Positions 28,219-34,039 of a DNA stretch of 34,039 bases are shown here, piece by piece. The number at the start of each line of letters is the position of its first letter. Position 1 is the stretch's first letter. Source of the DNA: an uncultured Marinilabiliales bacterium (GTDB lineage: Bacteria; Bacteroidota; Bacteroidia; Bacteroidales; BM520); the NCBI GenBank assembly GCA_937877575.1, contig CALFIZ010000077.1, positions 1-34,039 of the forward strand. Reading direction: 5' to 3'. A program made the position numbers and the translations under genes. The notes beneath the pieces were generated by a model. It had not been told where the DNA came from and did no database searches. It saw nothing but the letters and a program-made list of their open reading frames with translations.

Positions 28219-30819
28219 ATGATGTTGATAACTTTCTGTATGTTTGAAAATGGAAAATTATATGCACAGGCTTCGGTTTCCGACTCCCTGCCCGCTATTA
28301 CAATCACTACAACCGATACTGTCAGTCTCGGAAACAGTTCCCGGAAAAAAACTGTCCTTGATGAAATCATTAAAACCACTTCGTCAGACAGTGTCGTTTA
28401 TGACCTCACCAACAAGAAAATAATCATGCTCAACAAATGCGTGATAGATTACGGGAAAATACATCTCGAAACCGGATACGCTGAAATAGATTTAACCACC
28501 AATATGCTGATTGCCAAAGGATTACCCGACTCCGTGGGCAATATCACACAAAAACCCGTGTATAAGGACGGTGAGCAGCAATATAACTGCGAAACCATCA
28601 AATATAATTTCAATACAGGCAAAGGCTACATTACCAATGTCATAACCCAGCAGGACGGCGGTTATTACCTTCATGGCGAGAAAATCAAGAAGTTTGATGA
28701 CAATATCACCAATCTGAGAAACGGTGCATTTACCACGTGTGACTTGGAAAATCCGCATTTCCAGTTCAGGTTCACGAAAGGGAAACTTATTCCTAATGAC
28801 AAGATCATCACCGGACTCACCTATCTGGAGATTGAGGATATTCCTCTTCCTGTCGGCATACCTTTCGGGATATTCCCACTCATCAAAGGCGGAACCTCCG
28901 GCATTATAATTCCGGGCTACGGCAGTTCCAATGAACGCGGGTTCTTTCTCGAAAATGGCGGTTATTATTGGCATATCAATGACAAATATACCCTGAAAGT
29001 GCTTGGTGATATTTATTCACGCGGCAGTTGGGCAGTCAAGCCTACCCTTCAGTATAAAGTCAGATACAAATACAGCGGCTCATTCAACTTCAGTTTTGCA
29101 CAGAACAAATCCGGAATCAGAAAATCTTCCAACTATTCCTCACGTAATGACTTCAAAATCAGCTGGCAGCATACCCAAGACCCCAAAGCTAACCCTAACC
29201 ACTCCTTTAGCGCCAACGTCAATTTCGTGACAAGCAAATACAATAAGCTGAATCCTTCAACCACAACCGACTATCTTTCCAATACTTTCAATTCGAGCAT
29301 AGCCTATCAGACTTCTTTCTTTAACAAGAAGATGAATTTCTCCATCAACGCCGGCCATACCCAGAACACTCTTGATGGTTCGATGACATTTACTCTGCCT
29401 GACTTCTCACTGTCAACGACAAAGATATATCCTTTCAAACGAAGGGTTGTGGTGGGGAAGGAAAGATGGTATGAAAAGATTTTCTTCTCGTACTCGATGG
29501 TGGGTAAAAATGAGTTGACTACCATAGATTCCCTTCTTTTCACCGAACCTGTTCTCGATAAGCTGAAAAATGGCATTAAACATACTATTCCAATCGGTTT
29601 TTCATCCAAGGTTTTCAATGTGATGCAACTGAATGTCAGTGCCAATTATACAGAACGCTGGTACTCAAAATATTACGATATCTTTTACGAAGGGGATACC
29701 ACATACGTTGGCGGTGAGGCTGTGGCACCACACCTCGTTGAAAATCCCATGTATGCTTTCAAGGCTGCCCGCGACTTCAATTTCAATGCGTCCTTGAATA
29801 CCACGCTTTATGGTTTGGTGCAGTTCAGGAGATTTTTCATAAGGGCTGTACGCCATGTTTTCACGCCTTCATTGTCATTCAATTATACTCCTGATTTCGG
29901 CACGAGCTTCTGGAAATACTATAATACTTATAAAGACGCCAACGGCAACGACGTGAAATATTCCATCTTCAGGGCAAGTGACTATTCGCCGCTGTACGGT
30001 TATCCGAGCGATGGTGAATCGGGAAGGATTAATTTCTCTTTTGGCAACTCTTTGGAAATTAAAGTCAGAAACAAACATGACACCATAACCGGCACAAAGA
30101 AGATAAAACTGATAGAAAGTTTAACGTTGTCAGGTGGTTATGACTTTGCAAAGGACTCTTTGAACTGGAGCAACCTGAGTATAAGCGGTCGTACACAACT
30201 GATAAAGGGATTAGCGCTTGAATATTCCACTTCCTTGTGCCCTTATAAAGTGACTTCCGATGGCGTGATGATTAATCAGTTTCTGTGGAAGACCGACAAA
30301 CGATTGTTTGCACCACCTTCGCAGGTGTGGCGTCTCGGCTTCACTTATACTTTGAATCAGGACACTTTCAAGGGGCAGAACAGAAAGAAACTTGCTTCGT
30401 ATATTCCTCAGGGAATGGTGCCCTTGTCGGATGCACTGTCAACCCGCGATGTTTATATCGACTGGGACAATACTTGGAATGTCAATATATCCTATAACTT
30501 TAATTATCAGATAATTCAGTCAATGGCCAAAGACGGTGAATATGTCAAGACTACCAATATTGTTAATGCTGCATCGTTTTCCGGTGATGTCAATATCACA
30601 AAAAAATGGAAGGTGGGTTATAATCTGAAATTCGACATTACTACGATGGATTTGACATACGCCAACTTATCGGTTTACAGAGACTTGCACTGTTGGGAAA
30701 TGCGTTTCAACTGGGTGCCTTTCGGCAGTGCCAAGAGCTGGATGTTCACTATAAACATCAAGTCTGCCGCCCTAAGTTCAATAAAATACGAAAAACAGAA
30801 ATATGATTATTCTTATTAA
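28219..30819 (+). CDS. lptD: LptD-like outer-membrane LPS-assembly protein (OstA-like N-terminal domain plus large beta-barrel)
   Basis: About 866 aa from the ATG at 28219 (the track starts at a TTG, 28177). The N-terminus has an OstA-like pattern (VYDLTNKKIIMLNKCVIDYGKIHLETGYAEIDLTTNMLIAKG). The remainder has alternating beta-strand character with an aromatic C-terminus, and the size is typical of the Bacteroidota LptD family. The assignment is by pattern, not by search. Confidence 0.65.
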   Translation: MMLITFCMFENGKLYAQASVSDSLPAITITTTDTVSLGNSSRKKTVLDEIIKTTSSDSVVYDLTNKKIIMLNKCVIDYGKIHLETGYAEIDLTTNMLIAKGLPDSVGNITQKPVYKDGEQQYNCETIKYNFNTGKGYITNVITQQDGGYYLHGEKIKKFDDNITNLRNGAFTTCDLENPHFQFRFTKGKLIPNDKIITGLTYLEIEDIPLPVGIPFGIFPLIKGGTSGIIIPGYGSSNERGFFLENGGYYWHINDKYTLKVLGDIYSRGSWAVKPTLQYKVRYKYSGSFNFSFAQNKSGIRKSSNYSSRNDFKISWQHTQDPKANPNHSFSANVNFVTSKYNKLNPSTTTDYLSNTFNSSIAYQTSFFNKKMNFSINAGHTQNTLDGSMTFTLPDFSLSTTKIYPFKRRVVVGKERWYEKIFFSYSMVGKNELTTIDSLLFTEPVLDKLKNGIKHTIPIGFSSKVFNVMQLNVSANYTERWYSKYYDIFYEGDTTYVGGEAVAPHLVENPMYAFKAARDFNFNASLNTTLYGLVQFRRFFIRAVRHVFTPSLSFNYTPDFGTSFWKYYNTYKDANGNDVKYSIFRASDYSPLYGYPSDGESGRINFSFGNSLEIKVRNKHDTITGTKKIKLIESLTLSGGYDFAKDSLNWSNLSISGRTQLIKGLALEYSTSLCPYKVTSDGVMINQFLWKTDKRLFAPPSQVWRLGFTYTLNQDTFKGQNRKKLASYIPQGMVPLSDALSTRDVYIDWDNTWNVNISYNFNYQIIQSMAKDGEYVKTTNIVNAASFSGDVNITKKWKVGYNLKFDITTMDLTYANLSVYRDLHCWEMRFNWVPFGSAKSWMFTINIKSAALSSIKYEKQKYDYSY

Positions 30820-30863
30820 GTAACAAAACAGGTCTTTTTGCAATATATAAAAAAGACGAGATT

Positions 30864-31538
30864 ATGTTACATGAGATTTTTGACCTGTTTTTCCCGCGGC
30901 TATGTCTCGGTTGCGGACATCCGCTTAATGATAGTGAGGAGTTTATATGCGAGCATTGCAAATATGATATGCCGTTTACCAACTATCACAATGTCAGGGA
31001 CAATCCCGTGGAGCAGTGCTTCTGGGGCAAAGTGCCTGTCGAGCGTGCAACGTCAATGCTCTATTATCACAAAAAGGGGATGGTGCAGTCGGTAATCCAT
31101 TCCTTAAAATACCGGCAGTGCCCGGAAGTCGGAAATTATCTTGGCGTCATGGCAGCACATTGTTGCGGTGATTTCTTCAGTGGTTTGGATTATCTGATGC
31201 CGGTTCCGCTTCACAAGAAGAAAAACAGGCAACGCGGTTATAATCAGAGCCGCATGATTGCCGAAGGTATAGCATCAGTAACAGATATCGCCGTTTCCGA
31301 AGATTTGAAAAGGATAGTATATACCGCCACCCAGACTCATAAGGACAAATTTGAGAGGTATGAAAACACACTTCATAGTTTCTGTTTGGAAAATCCGCAG
31401 ATATATTGCGGGAAGCATATCCTTCTTATCGATGATGTGCTGACCACGGGGTCCACGTTGGAATCGTGCGCTAAGGCTGTGTTGCAGGTGCAACCGAATG
31501 TCAGAATCAGTGTGTTCACATTGGGGTATGCAAAATAA
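30864..31538 (+). CDS. comF: ComF family phosphoribosyltransferase-domain protein
   Basis: 224 aa. N-terminal CxxC...CxxC zinc finger (CLGCGHPLNDSEEFICEHC) and a C-terminal PRTase motif ILLIDDVLTTGST. Confidence 0.85.
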   Translation: MLHEIFDLFFPRLCLGCGHPLNDSEEFICEHCKYDMPFTNYHNVRDNPVEQCFWGKVPVERATSMLYYHKKGMVQSVIHSLKYRQCPEVGNYLGVMAAHCCGDFFSGLDYLMPVPLHKKKNRQRGYNQSRMIAEGIASVTDIAVSEDLKRIVYTATQTHKDKFERYENTLHSFCLENPQIYCGKHILLIDDVLTTGSTLESCAKAVLQVQPNVRISVFTLGYAK

Positions 31539-31567
31539 CCCCGTGCGTGCTGAATCACCCTTTAGGC

Positions 31568-32590
31568 TTAGTTCTTCACCGCACGTATCGGTTGTCCGTA
31601 ATATTTGTACGTGCTGCCTCTGTAGCGGATTTGCGAGTAGAAGAATAAACCGAGGGCATGGTCCATATAATCCTCGTCCCATGTCCCTGACCAATAAAAG
31701 CCGTAGTAAGTGTCTATGTCTTCCTTGTCGCTCAGACCGTCGGCAGCCGGGAAGAAACAGGTGTTGCCGTTAGGGCCGGTTACCATATAGCCGTTTTCTC
31801 CGTTCAATGTGGTCCATTCCCATTCGCAGTTGTATATGATTTCCTCTATCTGCGTTATTGATGGCATTTTCCATTCTCCGCCAGTCTGGACGTATGCAAC
31901 GTCATACTGGGTGCCTTGTATGTTTGTGCCGATATAGTCATATCCGTTATATCCGTCACCCAACGGGTCATAGTTGCTTTCTGTATATACAGCCTTTGTG
32001 TGGGTTTCGCCCCATGCATAATAGTCGCCATAACCTTCAGGCGCCGTGGCTCCGATATTGCGGTCAGCCCACAATGTACCTGAAGGCAGACCTAAGTCAA
32101 CTATCTGGTAATTATAGGAATTATCTGTCGTAAACACTTTTTGTTCACCGTATGCCGTGTCTGCATTGTTGATGGCGTAAGCCCTTACATAATAGGTCGT
32201 GCTTCCTGTAAGACCTGTCATTGTGCTTGTGAATTCACCAAGTCCGGAGCCGTCTGACGTGATGTTGTCGGCTACTGTGGGATTTTCAACAGTGCTCCAG
32301 CAAACGCCTCTTGCCAGTACATCCATGCCGCCGTTATCAGTCACATTACCTCCGCAGACTGCCGAATAGTCAATAATATCAGTTACTTCCGCAGTCGTGA
32401 CGGTAATAATCGTCGGCTGACCGTTATAAATGATATCAACTACAGACATTACGTCCAAGATATTGATTTGATTATCTTCATTTACGTCACCTCTAAGATA
32501 TTTGGTGCCGTTTGTCTGTGCTTGCAGACTGTTAATTGTTCCGCAAAACACTAATGCAATTACACATGCAAAAACCTTAAAATTCCTCAT
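31568..32590 (-). CDS. Secreted protein: signal peptide, single dockerin-like Ca-binding repeat, Ig/Fn3-like module, C-terminal FISUMP/DUF1566-like domain
   Basis: 340 aa. MRNFKVFACVIALVFCGTINSLQAQ. GDVNEDNQINILDVMSVVDII. VTDIIDYSAVCGGNVTDNGGMDVLARGVCWS...TTYYVRAYAIN...YGEQKVFTT. LWADRNIGA...YYAWGE...WKMPSITQIEEI...FFPAADG...YWSG...GQPIRAVK. Confidence 0.7.
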   Translation of the reverse strand: MRNFKVFACVIALVFCGTINSLQAQTNGTKYLRGDVNEDNQINILDVMSVVDIIYNGQPTIITVTTAEVTDIIDYSAVCGGNVTDNGGMDVLARGVCWSTVENPTVADNITSDGSGLGEFTSTMTGLTGSTTYYVRAYAINNADTAYGEQKVFTTDNSYNYQIVDLGLPSGTLWADRNIGATAPEGYGDYYAWGETHTKAVYTESNYDPLGDGYNGYDYIGTNIQGTQYDVAYVQTGGEWKMPSITQIEEIIYNCEWEWTTLNGENGYMVTGPNGNTCFFPAADGLSDKEDIDTYYGFYWSGTWDEDYMDHALGLFFYSQIRYRGSTYKYYGQPIRAVKN

Positions 32591-32613
32591 TTTTCCTTGT
32601 TTTATAAAGTTTG

Positions 32614-32621
32614 CAAAGGTA
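32614..32621 (-). promoter_or_regulatory. -7 promoter box TACCTTTG (minus strand) for the FISUMP-like gene
   Basis: The plus strand reads caaaggta (extended form TACCTTTGCAAA), 24 nt upstream of the ATG at 32590. Confidence 0.5.
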
Positions 32622-32696
32622 AATAAAATTTCGTTCTATGTGTAATCTTAAAAAATCTTAATAAATATTAACGGCTCCTTTCGATAATCAAATCAC

Positions 32697-32806
32697 GTTA
32701 TTGCCTGCAAGACAGGAGTTTCCGCCGAAACTGCCAAGGGTGGCACCGGATATCTTTGTCGGCTCTGCCGCAAGTGCTTGACATAACTGCTATCAAAGGC
32801 AATAAC
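32697..32806. repeat. 10-bp perfect inverted repeat GTTATTGCCT / AGGCAATAAC bracketing a 90-bp segment (candidate structured RNA or small invertible element)
   Basis: The arms are 32697-32706 and 32797-32806. The interior has local hairpins (AGTTTC-CGCC-GAAACT, GCCA-AGGG-TGGC, CGGC-TCT-GCCG) and one TAnnTTTG box. Confidence 0.6.
32751..32758 (+). promoter_or_regulatory. Orphan -7-like box TATCTTTG inside the inverted-repeat-flanked segment
   Basis: TAnnTTTG match on the plus strand with no ORF directly downstream. cysS has its own box at 32872. Confidence 0.3.
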
Positions 32807-32851
32807 AGGGGAAAAAGTGTTTTTTCATTTTTTGGGATTGAAATAACGTTG

Positions 32852-32859
32852 CAAAGGTA
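32852..32859 (-). promoter_or_regulatory. Orphan -7 promoter box TACCTTTG (minus strand), back-to-back with the cysS promoter
   Basis: The plus strand reads caaaggta (extended form TACCTTTGCAAC). It points into the 32650-32845 non-coding stretch and is not adjacent to any large ORF. Confidence 0.45.
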
Positions 32860-32871
32860 CTGAATTTTATA

Positions 32872-32879
32872 TACCTTTG
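32872..32879 (+). promoter_or_regulatory. -7 promoter box TACCTTTG for cysS
   Basis: TACCTTTGCATT, 24 nt upstream of the cysS ATG at 32903. Confidence 0.55.
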
Positions 32880-32902
32880 CATTTTTATTGAAAATTAAAA
32901 AA

Positions 32903-34039
32903 ATGGAACATAATCTTTATATCACAAATTCCTTGTCAGGGAAGAAGGAAAAATTCGAACCTGTCGCTCCGCCTCATGTCGGAATGTATGTTTGCGGTCC
33001 TACCGTTTATGGCGACGCCCATCTCGGTCATGCCCGTCCCGCAATCACTTTTGACCTGTTGTACAGATACTTGACTTATTTAGGCTATAAAGTGCGCTAT
33101 GTCAGAAACATAACTGATGTCGGCCATCTGGAACACGATATGGACGAGGGCGAAGACAAGATAGCAAAAAAGGCACGCCTCGAACAACTTGAACCAATGG
33201 AGGTCGCACAGCATTATTCCAATTCGTATCACCGCGATATGCACCGTCTGAATGTGCTTGACCCGTCCATAGAACCGTTGGCGTCAGGACATATTGCGGA
33301 CCAGATTGACATGATTCAGAAAATAATCGACAACGGCTACGCTTACGTCTCTAACGGCTCAGTCTATTTCGACGTTCCAAAATATTCGAAGGATAATCCG
33401 TATGGCATCCTCTCGGGACGCAAGTATGAGGATATGATAAACAATACGCGTGAACTTGCCGGTCAGGATGAAAAACATAATCCGGTTGACTTTGCCCTCT
33501 GGAAGAAGGCAGCTCCGGAACATATCATGAAATGGAACTCCCCATGGAGCGTAGGTTTCCCGGGATGGCATTCCGAATGCTCTGCCATGAGCGCCAAATA
33601 TCTCGGTATGCCTTTTGATATCCACGGCGGCGGCATGGACCTCAAGTTCCCCCACCATGAGTCGGAAATCGCACAGTCGGTCGCGGCTTACGGCGTTATG
33701 CCGGTAAAATACTGGATGCATAACAACATGATTACCATCAACGGACAGAAAATGGGCAAGTCACTCGGCAATTTCATCATCCTCGATGACTTCTTCAAAG
33801 GTAACAGCACGCTTCTCGCACAGCCGTATTCCCCTATGACAATCCGTTTCTTCATCCTCCAGGCGCACTACCGTTCCGAACTCGACTTCTCCAAAGAACT
33901 GCTGATTGGCACCTGCATCATGCTTTTCTTCTACATCTTTATCACCCTGAGATACAACTACTGGCAGACACCTATGCGCGGACAGAACATGGTGGAAATG
34001 GTACACACGCTGGTTGAGCAAAAGAAATGGCGCCAACGC
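32903..34039 (+). CDS. cysS: Cysteine--tRNA ligase (3' partial; the last ~47 codons in the window do not look like CysRS)
   Basis: Absent from the ORF track because no stop occurs before the window end. My hand translation gives 379 open codons. [46 protein letters not shown] (HIGH-type motif), [41 protein letters not shown] (KMSKS motif), [21 protein letters not shown]. Confidence 0.9.
   Translation, partial: MEHNLYITNSLSGKKEKFEPVAPPHVGMYVCGPTVYGDAHLGHARPAITFDLLYRYLTYLGYKVRYVRNITDVGHLEHDMDEGEDKIAKKARLEQLEPMEVAQHYSNSYHRDMHRLNVLDPSIEPLASGHIADQIDMIQKIIDNGYAYVSNGSVYFDVPKYSKDNPYGILSGRKYEDMINNTRELAGQDEKHNPVDFALWKKAAPEHIMKWNSPWSVGFPGWHSECSAMSAKYLGMPFDIHGGGMDLKFPHHESEIAQSVAAYGVMPVKYWMHNNMITINGQKMGKSLGNFIILDDFFKGNSTLLAQPYSPMTIRFFILQAHYRSELDFSKELLIGTCIMLFFYIFITLRYNYWQTPMRGQNMVEMVHTLVEQKKWRQR

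Noticed and set aside
32697-32806. Possibility that the inverted-repeat-flanked element is SRP (4.5S) RNA, 6S RNA, a tRNA-like element or a known riboswitch (cobalamin, TPP, FMN, SAM)
   Set aside because: By eye, the hallmark conserved cores are absent on both strands. These include the SRP GGAA tetraloop with the AGCAGC context, the B12 box, and the TPP CUGAGA/ACCUGA motifs. A covariance-model scan is still needed to be sure.
33761-34036. 91-aa minus-strand ORF at the right edge
   Set aside because: Most of it is antisense to the confident part of cysS and it has no recognisable motifs. Its openness across 33899-34036 is noted, but it is insufficient to call a gene.
1-34039. Search for CRISPR arrays, tRNA/rRNA genes, integrases, toxin-antitoxin pairs or defence-system cassettes
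   Set aside because: Intergenic space is minimal, and all ORFs above ~150 aa are accounted for by recognisable housekeeping or surface-protein families. No spacer-repeat periodicity or cloverleaf-sized gaps were seen.

Overview
This 34-kb window looks like core chromosome from a member of Bacteroidota, probably Bacteroidales. Three things support that: TAnnTTTG-type -7 promoter boxes ahead of most operons, A-rich regions before start codons instead of Shine-Dalgarno sites, and a gldH gene next to a T9SS-sorted cargo gene. Gene density is high and almost every large ORF is a recognisable housekeeping gene: lnt, rnr, a fused Opp/Dpp-type ABC ATPase, efp, an lpxD-like gene, a PlsC-like acyltransferase, rubrerythrin, aminopeptidase P, an OmpR-type two-component pair, cyclophilin, pheS, a GH2 beta-mannosidase, holB, PSP1, gldH, PBP1A, glgB, an amidase with a SPOR domain, an lptD-like gene, comF and cysS. 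I found no CRISPR array, tRNA, rRNA, integrase or recognisable defence or toxin cassette, and I cannot claim a clear novel multi-gene system. Five places are not routine. (1) The left edge carries a tandem 327-bp module made of a 28-nt perfect palindrome plus the 5' half of a RAYT-like HUH gene. (2) A 971-aa multidomain T9SS cargo of unknown function lies beside gldH. (3) A dockerin-like/FISUMP-like secreted protein is encoded at 31568-32590. (4) The 310-bp intergenic region at 32591-32902 holds four promoter boxes, a 10-bp inverted repeat enclosing one of them, an orphan promoter and an 11-codon Cys-containing mini-ORF. (5) The cysS reading frame stops resembling CysRS at about 33899 and becomes a transmembrane-like sequence up to the window edge. 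All calls come from reading the translations and DNA by eye; no database search was run.
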